Below, piece after piece: positions 27,220 through 38,100 of a stretch of DNA of 64,000 nucleotides (its first letter is position 1; every line of letters begins with the position of its first letter). A program made the translations under genes and the position numbers. The notes below the pieces were generated by a model. The model ran no database searches. It saw only the letters and a program-made list of their open reading frames with translations, and had not been told where the DNA came from. Source of the stretch: Elusimicrobiota bacterium (GTDB taxonomy: Bacteria; Elusimicrobiota; Elusimicrobia; UBA1565); contig JACRDU010000097.1 of NCBI GenBank assembly GCA_016218495.1, positions 841-64,840 of the forward strand, in the 5' to 3' direction.

Positions 27220-29091
27220 GTGAACGAGCGCCCCAACTCCCGCCTGCCCCTGCTCTGCCTGACCGCTCTGGGCGTCGTCTACGGGGACATCGGGACCAGC
27301 CCGCTCTACGCGATGCGCGAGTGCTTCCACGGCCCGCACGCCGTGGCGGTCACGCACGACAACGTGCTGGGCGTGCTCTCGCTCATCACCTGGGCGCTCA
27401 TCATGCTGGTCACGCTCAAATACCACGTCTATGTGCTGCGCGCCGACAACAAGGGCGAGGGCGGCATCCTGGCCCTGATGGCCCTGGCCCGCTCCACCCC
27501 GCTCTCGCCGCGCCAGCAGAAAGCCGTCCTCGGGCTGGGGCTCTTCGGCGCGGCCCTGCTCTACGGCGACGGGATGCTGACCCCGGCCATCTCGGTGCTG
27601 AGCGCCATCGAGGGCTTGGAGGTGGCCACCCCGTTCTTCGCCCCCTATGTGGTGCCAATCACCGTGGCCATCCTGGTCGGGCTGTTCCTGCTCCAGCGCC
27701 GCGGCACCACCGGCATCGGCGTGGTGTTCGGCCCGCTCATCCTGGTCTGGTTCCTATTCCTGGCGGGGCTCGGCGTCCACAGCCTGTGGCAGGGTCCCTC
27801 CGTGCTGGCCGCCGTGAACCCCGCCTACGCGCTGCGCTTCCTCCTGGAGAACGGCCTGCACGGCTACCTGGTCCTCGGAGCCGTGTTCCTGGTGGCCACC
27901 GGCGGCGAGGCGCTCTACGCCGACCTGGGCCATTTCGAGGAGCGCGCCATCCAGCTCGACTGGTTCGCCGCCGCGGGGCCCTGCCTGCTCGTCCATTATT
28001 ACGGCCAGGGGGCGCTGTTGCTGCGCGACCCCTCGGCGGCCCACAACCCCTTCTACATGCTGGTCCCCTCCTGGGCGCTCTACCCGGCCGTGGCCCTGGC
28101 CGCGATGGCCACCGTCATCGCCTCGCAGGCCGTCATCTCGGGCGTCTTCTCGCTGACCCGCCAGGCCGTACAGCTGGGCTTCCTGCCCCGCGCCCACGTG
28201 GTGCACACCTCGCAGCATGAGATCGGCCAGATATACATACCCGCCGTCAACTGGCTGCTGCTGGCCTCCACCATCGCCTTGGTGGTCGGCTTCAAGAGCT
28301 CCTCCAACCTCGCCTCGGCCTACGGCATCGCCATCTCGGTGACGATGGTCGTCACCACCATGCTCGCCCACTTCGTCTCCACGGGCCTGTGGGGCTGGCG
28401 GCGCGGCGTCGCCTGGGCCGTCACCGGGACCTTCCTGGCCGTCGACCTGGCCTTCCTGGGCGCGAACTCGGCCAAGGTGCTGCACGGCGGCTGGTTCCCG
28501 CTGGCCGCCGCGGCCGCCGTCGTGGCCATATTCACCACCTGGAAGACCGGCCAGGAGACCCTGGCCGCCCTGCAGCGCGAGGGGGCCCTGCCCCTGGCCG
28601 ACTTCGCCGCGCAGACGGCCGAGAGTTCGGTGGCCCGCGTGCCCGGCACGGCGGTCTTCCTGACCAGCACGCCGGGGCTGACGCCCAGCGCGCTGCTGCA
28701 CAACATGAAGCACAACAAGGTCCTGCACGCGCGCAACGTCTTCGTCACCGTGCGCACCGAGGACGTCCCGCGGATCCGCGACGCGGAACGCCTGTCCGTA
28801 TCGCACATCACCGGCGACTTCGTCCAGGTCTCGGTGCGCTTCGGCTTCATGGAGGACCCGGACCTGCCGCAGGTGATGGCCCGCCTGGCCGAGCACGGCC
28901 TCAAGCTGCGCCCGATGGACACGACCTACATCCTCAGCGACAACACCTTGGTGACGACCGAGGCCCGCCGCATGCCGCTCTGGCGCTTGCGCCTGTTCTC
29001 TTTCCTCTATAAGAACGCCGTCCGGCCCACCCAGTACTTCAACCTCCCCATCAACCGCGTCATCGAAATCGGCCGCCAGCTCCAAATCTAG
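27220..29091 (+). CDS. kup: KUP/HAK/KT-family potassium uptake transporter
   Basis: 623-aa ORF (GTG start). It has the hallmark N-terminal LGVVYGDIGTSPLY, 12 TM-like segments and a cytoplasmic C-terminal domain. Confidence 0.95.
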   Translation: MNERPNSRLPLLCLTALGVVYGDIGTSPLYAMRECFHGPHAVAVTHDNVLGVLSLITWALIMLVTLKYHVYVLRADNKGEGGILALMALARSTPLSPRQQKAVLGLGLFGAALLYGDGMLTPAISVLSAIEGLEVATPFFAPYVVPITVAILVGLFLLQRRGTTGIGVVFGPLILVWFLFLAGLGVHSLWQGPSVLAAVNPAYALRFLLENGLHGYLVLGAVFLVATGGEALYADLGHFEERAIQLDWFAAAGPCLLVHYYGQGALLLRDPSAAHNPFYMLVPSWALYPAVALAAMATVIASQAVISGVFSLTRQAVQLGFLPRAHVVHTSQHEIGQIYIPAVNWLLLASTIALVVGFKSSSNLASAYGIAISVTMVVTTMLAHFVSTGLWGWRRGVAWAVTGTFLAVDLAFLGANSAKVLHGGWFPLAAAAAVVAIFTTWKTGQETLAALQREGALPLADFAAQTAESSVARVPGTAVFLTSTPGLTPSALLHNMKHNKVLHARNVFVTVRTEDVPRIRDAERLSVSHITGDFVQVSVRFGFMEDPDLPQVMARLAEHGLKLRPMDTTYILSDNTLVTTEARRMPLWRLRLFSFLYKNAVRPTQYFNLPINRVIEIGRQLQI

Positions 29092-29174
29092 TCAAGCAAG
29101 GGGTCAGGCCCTCCCATCAAGTAAACCCCTGAACTTTGGCACCAGGAAGGTCCTAGGGAAGGGCCCAGGAATCC

Positions 29175-32100
29175 GTGGGCCCAATGACGCCGGCCGGTCT
29201 CCCCCATAGGCTCAACAAGAAAATCCGCGTTTCAGCCACACTTTCCCCAGTGAAGCGCGCAATCGCCTCCGCCCTGGCCGCCATCATGCTCGTGCTGTCC
29301 CCGGGCACCGGCTGCTGGCAGGCCATGGCGCAGGTCGTGACCCGCACCGGGCCCGCCGCCGCCCCGGCCCGGGTCGTCGTCGGGGCCCCCGGAGCGCTGG
29401 GCGCCTCTCCCACCCTTTCGGCCCCCACCCTCTCAGCTCCGTCCCTGTCCGTCACTTTGCCGTCTCCCGCCGCACCCACCGCCCGCGGTGCGGCATCGGC
29501 CTCCGCCGCGGCCGCGCAGTCGGCGGTTCCCGCGGGTCTCCCGGCCCCGGCGCGGGCCGCCGGAACGGTCTCAGCCTCCGCGGCGGCTCCCGCCGCCCGG
29601 GCCGCCGCGCAGACCCAGGGCCGCGAAGCGGTCTCGGCCGGCCTCAAGAATACCGTCAAGGCCGCCGCGCCTATGCTGGAGGCCGCCAAGTCCGGCTCCG
29701 GCGGGGACGCGCACCGCGCCGGCATCCAGCTCGAGGAGCTGCTCTCCGGCGCTCCGCGCCGAGCCGCCTCGGACGCCGTCACCCCCGCCCCCGCCTCGCG
29801 CCTGCCGTCGTTCACCGGCAGAGCCCGCCTGGGCTCGGCCCGGGTCATCGGGGCCGCGCCCTCCGCCGTGATGAACGCCGTGGCCGCGCCGGCGGCCCCG
29901 CGCCCCTCCCTGGCCTCCCGCTTCTCCGCCTCCTTCCGCCGCGCCTTCCTATTTATTAGGAAGACGGCCGCCGTCGCCACCTTGGCGGCCTTCCTGCCCG
30001 TCTTCGGGATGTTCGGCGGCACCCCCTTCCAGATTCTCCCCCCGGTCACGGTCCAGGCGCAGCTGCCCGGGCAGGTTCCGGGCGCCCAAGTCCCCGTCGC
30101 CCCGCCCCAGGCCGGCGTCCCGCAGGCCCAGGTCCCCACCGCGCAGGCCCCCGTCGTCCAGGCATCCCCCATAGAGGTCTCCGTCCCTCAGACGGTGCAG
30201 GGCCGTACCGTCGGAGAGTCGGTCACCTACTCGGTGACCCTGCGGAACACTTCGAACGCCCCCGTCACGGTCTCCTCGGTTCGGACGGCCGTCGAAGAGG
30301 CGCTGCCCTGGACCCTAGAGGTGACCGGCGACGCCGACGCGGCCCCGCTGACCTTGGCCCCGGGCGAATCGAAGACCCTCACCTTCACCCTCCTGCCCTT
30401 CGACTCGGGCAAGCTGGTGCTCGAAGGCGCGGAGCTCACCATCCCGACCTCCGACCCCGAGAAGCCCATCGTCGTCAAGATCCCCTCCACCACCTTCGAG
30501 GTGGCCAGCGTCCTCACCCCGGACTGGAAGGAGAAGGGCTTCAAGGACCTGGCCGAGCTGCGCCGGGGCGAGACCCCGTCGCTCTTGTGGCTCTTGGCCG
30601 TCCCCGTGGCCCTGCTGGCCATCGCCGGCGCCGAGCGCCTGCTCGCCTCCCGCCGCCGAGGCTCCGAGCCCGTCGTCCATAACGGCCCCGCCCTCGACGC
30701 CGCCCGCACCCGGCGGGCGCGTCTGGAAGAGGGCGCGGCGTCCATGGACGCCCGGCAGTTCTACGGCGAGACCCTGACCCTGGTGGACCGTCTGCTCTCC
30801 GACCTGCGCGGCATGCCGCGCCGCGAGCGCGCCCCCGCCCAGCTCCTGAAGGAAGCCGCTGAGAAGTACTCCAGCGGCCAGCTCTCCGTCGCCCGCCGCA
30901 CCCTCGAGACAGCCGAGGCCGCCCTGCACGGCGGCAGGGCCGACTCCCCCGAGGCCCGCCGCCAGGTCCTCGTCGCCCTCAGAGAGCTCCTGGCCGACCT
31001 CTCAGACCAGCCCCGGCCCGAGGCGCCGAAGGCCGGCCTTGCCGGGCTGGCCGCTCTGCTCGGCACCGCCACCGTCTCCTTCGCCCACCCGTGGGCGCTG
31101 CTGCTCCTGCTGCCCATAGCCGGCTGGGCGCTGCACAAGTGGCGCCAGAGCAGGACCGAAGGCTGGGCCACGACGGCCCCCATCCCCGCGCAGACCGGTT
31201 GGAAGGCGCGCCTGCGCTGGGTCCCCGGCCTGCTGCGCTCTTCGGCCATCGCCCTGACCATGCTGGCGCTGGCCGGGCCGCAGCTGGGCGTCAAGCGCAC
31301 CGAGACCTACATCCCCTCCAGCGACACGGTGATCGCCGGGGACGTCTCGGGCTCGATGAGCGGGGCGCGCCTCGACGGCCTCAAGCGCGCGGTGAAGGAC
31401 TACCTGGTCGAGCAGCGCCGCGGCAGCAACAACCGCGTCGGCCTGACCACCTTCTCCGACGAGCCCTACCTGGCGGTCAGCCTCACCACCGACTACGACG
31501 CGCTGATCAGCCGCATCAAGGAGACCGAGACGGAGGGCTCCACCGCCGTCGGCAAGGCGATGCTCTCCTCCATCAGCCACTTCCTCGAGCTCAACATCAT
31601 GCAGCTCGACCAGTCCGACGCCCGGGTCGTCGAGATGCGCAAGATGGTCCTGGGCGAGGACCTCTCCGGCGCGCTGGAGTTCGCCAAGCGCCACCCGGAC
31701 CTGCTGCAGAAGGTCCTGCAGCCCGACCACACCAAGATCCTGGTGGTCTTCACCGACGGCGAGTCCAACACCGGCATCGACCCCGTCGCGGCCGCGAAGA
31801 TCGCCAAGCAGCTGGGCATCAAGGTCTACACCGTCGGCATCCAGATCGGCTCCGGCGAGCAGGCCTTGAAGGACGTCGCGCAGATCACCGGAGGCATCTA
31901 CTTCCGCGCGGAGGACGCCGACGGGATGCGCAACGCCCTGCTCGACATCTCCCGCCTCGAGAAGTCGCCCTCGCTGGTCCGCTCCCAGGTGGCGGTCAAG
32001 GACCTGACCACCCTGCTGGCGCTGCTGGCCCTGCTCTCGGTGACGCTGGAGGTCGGGCTGAGCTCCACCAAGCTCCGCACCCTGCCGGCCTTCATCCTGG

Positions 32101-35100
32101 CCGGGCTGATGGGCTTCTCGGCCGTCCAGGGGCCCGCGCCCCAGCCCCAGGGCGCCGCCCCCCAGGCGCAGGCGTCCGTGGACGCCCCGCGGGGGATCAT
32201 CGAGCGCCTGCCCCTCTCCGGCGTCCCGCAGGAGATGGCGGAGGGCAACGCCCTCTATCTGCAGGGCCGCTACGCCGACGCCGTGAAGCGCTATGGGCAG
32301 GCCCTGGAGAGCCACCCCGACGTCCCCGCCCTCTACTTCAACCTCGGCAACGCCTACCTGCGCCTGGGCGACGTCGAGCGCGCGGCCCGCGCCTACGGCC
32401 GCTTCCTGGAACTGGAGAAGGACCCCAAGGCCGCCTCCGAAGCCATCTACAACCTCGCCAACGGCGCGCTGATGAAGCAGGACGCCGAGAAGGCCATCGA
32501 GCTCTACCGCGAGGCCCTGCGCCGCGACCCGTCGAACGCCTCGGCCAAGTGGAACCTCGAGGTCGTGATGCGGCTCATGGAGGAACAGCAGAAGCAGCAG
32601 GGCCAGGACGGCAAGCAGCAGCAGAAGCAGAAAAAGGGCAAGAAGGGCCAGAAGGGGCAGAAAGGCCAGCAGGGACAGCAGCAGGGGCAGAAGGGCGACC
32701 AGCAGGGCGAACCCGGCGACCAGGACGGCGAGCCGGGCGACCAGCAGGGGAAGCCCGGGGACAAGCAGGGCAAGCCCGGCGACAAACCGGGCTCCGACGC
32801 CAAGCCCTCGCAGGGCGAGCGCGACAAGGGCGTCGACGGGCTCATCCAGGAGCAGGGCAAGGCCGAGCAGGACGGCAAGAACGGCCAGCGCGGCGCCGTC
32901 CCCCGCAAGGGCTCCGGCGTCTGGGGCTTCAGCCTCGCCGGCCTGGGCGCGGCCGCCGCGGGCTTCCAGGCCCCGCTCTGGCTCGGCGTCGCCCTCGTCG
33001 CCGTCCCGCTGGTGGCCGCCCTCGTGGCCTACGCGGTGCGCAAGAAGATCTCCGCCGCGAAGTCCCTGGCTCCCCGCGAAGCGCCCAAGCGCTTCGCCGA
33101 CTGGGCCGGGAAGCGGCGCTGGACCGCCAAGCTCATGCTCCTCTTGGCCTCCGTGCTGGGCCTGGCCATCACCGCCGGCGACCCGGTCTGGGGCACCCGG
33201 GACGCGCGCCTCAACTTCGGGGGCAAGGACGTCATCGTCGCCGCCGACGTCTCGGCCTCGACGCTCTACGCCGAGGACGGCCGCGGGGCGCGCATCGAGG
33301 GAGAGCTCTCCGAGTTCGTCACCCGCATGCAGGGCACCGACCGCATCGGGCTGGTCGTCTTCGCCGGCAAGGCCCGCACCGCCTCCCCCCTCTCCTCGGA
33401 CTACGGCACCTTCGAGTTCAAGGTCGGCCGGCTGGAGCGCGAAGCCCGCGGGCTGAGCTCCGGCTCGGACCTGAGCTCCGCCATCGAGCATGCCGCCAAG
33501 GTCTTCAACGGGGCCAAGAAGGTCGGGGACCGCCAGCGCATCCTCATCGTGGTCTCCGACGGTGAAATATTCGACAAGGACCTGAGCAAGGCCATCGACG
33601 CCGCGCGCAAGGCCGGCATCACCATCTACGCCATCGGGGTCGGGGACGCCGGCGGCACGCGCATCGCCCTGCCCAAGGCCGACGGCAGCGGCTCCGAGTA
33701 CCTGATCGACGAGAAGACCGGCCAGCCGGCCATGACCCGGCTCAACGAGGAGACCCTGCGCCAGCTCGCCTCCGCCACCGGCGGCTACTATTTCCGCTCC
33801 AGCGAGAAGGCCTCGATGGGCGGCATCCTCGGCAAGGTCGCGGCCATGTCGCAAGGCTCTGAGACGGACGCCATCAAGACCCCGCGCGGCATCGGTTATG
33901 TCTTCCTCACCCCGGCCCTGCTGCTGCTGCTGCTCGAGGCCTTCCTGCCCGCCGTCCCCCTGCTCCGGGGCCGCCGGGTCAAGGCCGCGCCTGCCGCCGC
34001 CCCCTCCGCTCCGGCCAAGACCCTCAACGGCGGCGCCCTGCTCGGCCTGGCCGCCATCCCCCTCGGCCTCTGGCCCCAGGTCCTCCCCTTCGCCGCCCTC
34101 ACCGCCGTGCTGGCCGGAGTCCTGCTCTACGACATCTCCACGCGCGGGGCCCTGACCCGCGCGGCCCGCGCCTGGCTGGGCCGCAAGGCCCCCGCCGAAG
34201 GCCTGCAGAAGGACCTCTTCGCGCTCTTCGACCGCCCCGGAGACACCCGCGAGCGCTGGCGGACGACCGACCACGCCGCCGTGAGCTCCTTCGTCGAGGG
34301 CTGGCGCGCGTCCTCTTCCGAGACGCGGCGCGTGCTCGCGCGCAAGGCCGCGGCCGACCCAGAGCTCTGGCGCGAGAAGCTCGTGGCCGCGCTGCTGGCC
34401 GAGTCGGCCTGGCCCGCCAAGAGGGGCTCCGACGAAGCGCTCGACGCCGTCCTCTCCGCCTTGAACACGGCCAAGCGCGGCAGCCTGCTCCCCCTGGAGC
34501 CCATCGTCCTCGGGGTGCTGGACCGCCGCGCCGAGCTGCCCTGGCTGAGCCATCCGGCCGTGCTGCGCCCGCTCTCGCGCCTGGCGGCCGCCGAGCTCGA
34601 CGACTCCGCCCCGGCCTCCCGCGCGGCCCTGCAGTCCCTGGCCTCGGAAGCGGACGGAGCCGTCGCTTCCGCCGCCCGCGAGGCGCTCGGCGACCAGGCG
34701 CCGGCCTTCAAGCCCACGCGGGCCCGCCGCATCGCCCGCTCCGGCGCCTTGGTCTTCCTGGCGGCCATGATGGGGCTGACCGGCCTGGCCGGCTATAAGA
34801 CCGTGGAGTTCGACGCCGCGCGCCGCCAGGCAGCCGAGACCGCCCTGTCGATCTTCTACGGCGAGGACCTCTTCATCTTCACCGACGCCTATTCCGACGA
34901 GCGCATCCCGCGCGAGGTCCTGCCCGTCCTCAAGGAGTGGCACGCCACGGGGAAGGCGGCCGCCTCGGACCTGGCCAAGGCGCTCGAGGTGCTGCGCTCC
35001 TCGCCCGACCCCAAGGCGGACAACATCCTCGAGGCTGTCTTCAAGCGCGCCGACCTGATGCCGCTCACCGACGCCTCGGAGAACCTGCTCCTCAAGACCC

Positions 35101-38100
35101 TCATCGAGCGCGACAACGAGCCCGTCTGGCGCTTCCTCAACGAGTACATGGCGTCCAACGGGGAGAACGAGAAGGCCACGGCCCGCCTCATCAAGATGAT
35201 CCGCATCGGCGCGGAGCTCGGGTCGGAAGACGTCTTCCAGAACACCTTCCATTTCCTCAAATCCCCCAACCAGACTGTCCGCCAAGAGGCCGCCCAGGCC
35301 ATCCGCGCCTCGCTGCAGGCCCCGGAGCGCGCGGGCCAGCTCGCGGCGCGCCTGAAGGCCGTCACCGAAAAGCACCCCGAGGACCCGACCATCAACATGT
35401 GGGTGGCGTTCTTCACGCTCGACCGGCTGGCCGCGGCCGACGCCAACACCATCGACCTCGGCCCGCTCGACGACCTGCTCACCGTCGCCCTCAAGAACGC
35501 CGCCAAGGGCGACGCGGCTCGCGCCGCGCTCATCGCCCAGGTGAAGCCCGGCGAAGAGGACAAGCTCCCGCCTCCCGCGCTGGTCCAGGCCTTCGGGCTG
35601 ATGGAGCGCTCCCTGGACCGCGCCGCGGGCCTGGGCGCCAACACCGACCCGCTTTCCCTGGCCGCGCGCAAGCAGGCCGACGTGGCCACGAAGAACATCA
35701 TCGTGGAGGGCCGGGCGGTCTTCCCCGAGCTCAAGCTCCAGCTCCAGAACAACGGCGTGATGCTCCCCGACCCCGCGCCGCAGCCCAGCTCCCAGGGTCC
35801 TGAGGACTCCTACGACGACTACCACGGGCACGGCGGCTACGGCGGCTCCTATGTGAATCCCGACGCCGTCTACCGCCCGACCTACACCCAGCAGCACCTG
35901 AAGGCCCTGGCCCAGGCCGTCGCCGACGCCCGTGACGCCGCCGGGGAGAAGCTCACGCCGCAGCAGCGCGAGTTCGCCGACCGGGCGCTCAAGTCCATCG
36001 AGGCCATGCTCTCCGCCGGCGCCAAGGCCGGGATGCCCGAGGGCGGCACCGCCGCCGAGGCGGCGGCCGACGACGTTAACTCCGTCCTGGTCGAAGGGAC
36101 GCAGAAGCTGCCCGGCAGCGCCTTCCTCGCCGAGCTGCGCGCGGCCAAGCTCGCCCCCGACGCCAAGGTCGGCAACGAGAAGTCCCGCGCCTACCGACAG
36201 TCCTACGCGGCCGAGGACCTGCTCAAGATACGCGCCTTCCTCATCGACCTCCTCTCCAGGGGGACGGCCGCCGAAGGGGGCAAGTCCTCGGCCTTGAATT
36301 GGAGCCAGAAGCAGTTCCTCGCCGACGCCATCACCAGGCTCGACGCCGCCATCGCGAAGCACTACCCGGCCGCCGCGGCCCTGATCCCCGCGGACCCGAG
36401 CGCCGCCCCGCTCGCCGCCTTCACGGCCGCGGCCAAGGCCGGCGACGAGGCCGCCCTGACCAAGGCCCTGACCGAACTCAAGGCCGTCTACGACGCCGCT
36501 CCGGTGAAGGACGTTGTCCTGGCGCGCTTCAAGGCCGCCTATCCCCAGTCGGCCGTCGGGTACAACGACTCCGTGCGCATGCCCGTCCTGCGGTTCTGGC
36601 TGGACCGCCTGGCCGAGGCCGACGGGGCCAAGCTCGACCGGGAAGGCGTGCTCGAGATACTGAAGGCCGTCTCCCCGGACAAGATGGAGGCCGGGAAGGC
36701 CCTCGCCGCATACGACGCGCTGGCCAAAGCCCTCCAGGCTTCCGCCACGCCCGCCCCCGCCCTGGTCGAGTTCGCCCAAGAGCAGGTCCGCCTCGGCGCC
36801 AAGCGCGCCTATGACGGCGCGAAGGACGCGCTGGACGCCAAGGCCTTCGCGGCCCTTCAGAACACCCTTCGCGCCGAGCGCCTGCTCACCAAGGACCTGG
36901 CGATGCGCGAAGTGGTCAAGCCCGTCCATCTGCGGGCCCTCGAAGCCTCCCTGAAGGCCTCGAAGAAGGCCCCCGCCTGGACCGTCTCCACCGTGGCGAA
37001 GCTGCAGGCCCTCACCAAGGCCGCCGGCGTGCCCGACGGCGGGACCACCGCGGAACGCGCCGCCGATGCCGTCAACGAGATGCTCGGGAAGGGCGACAAC
37101 GCCTTCCCCAGCGCCGCATGGTACGACGCGCTCCGGGCCGAAGGCCTGGCCCCCGCCGGCAGCGCCCGCGGCTGGGAGCGGGCCCTGGCCCAGAGCTACA
37201 CCCCCGACCAGCTCCGCGCGCTCAACGCCTTCATCAACCGGACCCTCTCCTCGGGCCAAGGCTGGGACTATTCCGGGAAACCCTCGGAACTCACCCCCGC
37301 GCAGGGCAAGGCGCTGGCCGAGATGGCCGAAGCCCTCGATTCGGCCCTGGCGCAGTTCTATCCGGACCAGGCCGCCCTCCAGCCCGCCGCCCTCGGCCGC
37401 CTCGTCGCGAACGGCGACCATGCCGCCGCCTCGGCCCGGCTCGCCGCCGCCGGCTCGCCCGCCGAGGCCCTGGCCATCCTCGACGCCGCCGCCGAGCGCA
37501 GCGCGGGCTCTGCCGAGGCGCAGAAGCTGGCGGCCCGCCTGCTGGCGGAGGCCCTCTCCGGCAAGAACGGGCCCGGCCTGCTCGAAAAAGAGGAGTCCCT
37601 GGGCTTCCTGCACGAGCTCGGCGAGCGCCTGGGCGCGCGCGAGGGCGAGGCCCTGGGCCAGCTCTCCTCGGCGCTGCGCGCCGCCCCCAATCCGACGCTG
37701 AAGGCCTTCATCGCCGCCGCCGTCGACGCGCGCGCCGAGGAGCTCGCCGACTCCATCAAGGGCGCGCCCGGCGCCGAACAGGCCCTGATCGAGGCCGGCG
37801 TCGTCACCAAGCGCGGCTACAGCTCGGACACCCGCTCGTCGTTCACCCAGCGCCACCTGCGCGGGCTGCAGGCCGAGGCCGCCCGGCTCGCCTCGGTGAA
37901 GGGCCTTACCGAGGAACAGTCCTCCGCCGTCGACAAGGCCCAGAAGCTCCTGCCCGACCTGCTCAAGGCGGCGGTGGACGCGGGAGTCCCCACCGGCACG
38001 GCCCCGGGCGACATCGCCGCGGAGCGCCTCTCCGACATCGTCTACGAGGGGCACATGCTCTTCCCGGGCAGCCGCTTCGTCGACGAGCTGCGCGCCGCCA

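Noticed and set aside
29137-29152. TGGCAC upstream of the giant ORF, considered as a sigma-54 -24 element given the RpoN-like gene in the window.
   Set aside because: The position where the -12 element (TTGCW) should lie reads AGGTC and has no GC dinucleotide, so it does not fit the GG-N10-GC rule.
32640-32790. Short tandem nucleotide repeats (9-nt and 21-nt units), considered as a possible CRISPR or VNTR locus.
   Set aside because: The units are contiguous with no spacers, in frame within the giant ORF, and encode a Q/K/G/P/D linker. This is a coding low-complexity repeat and not a CRISPR array.
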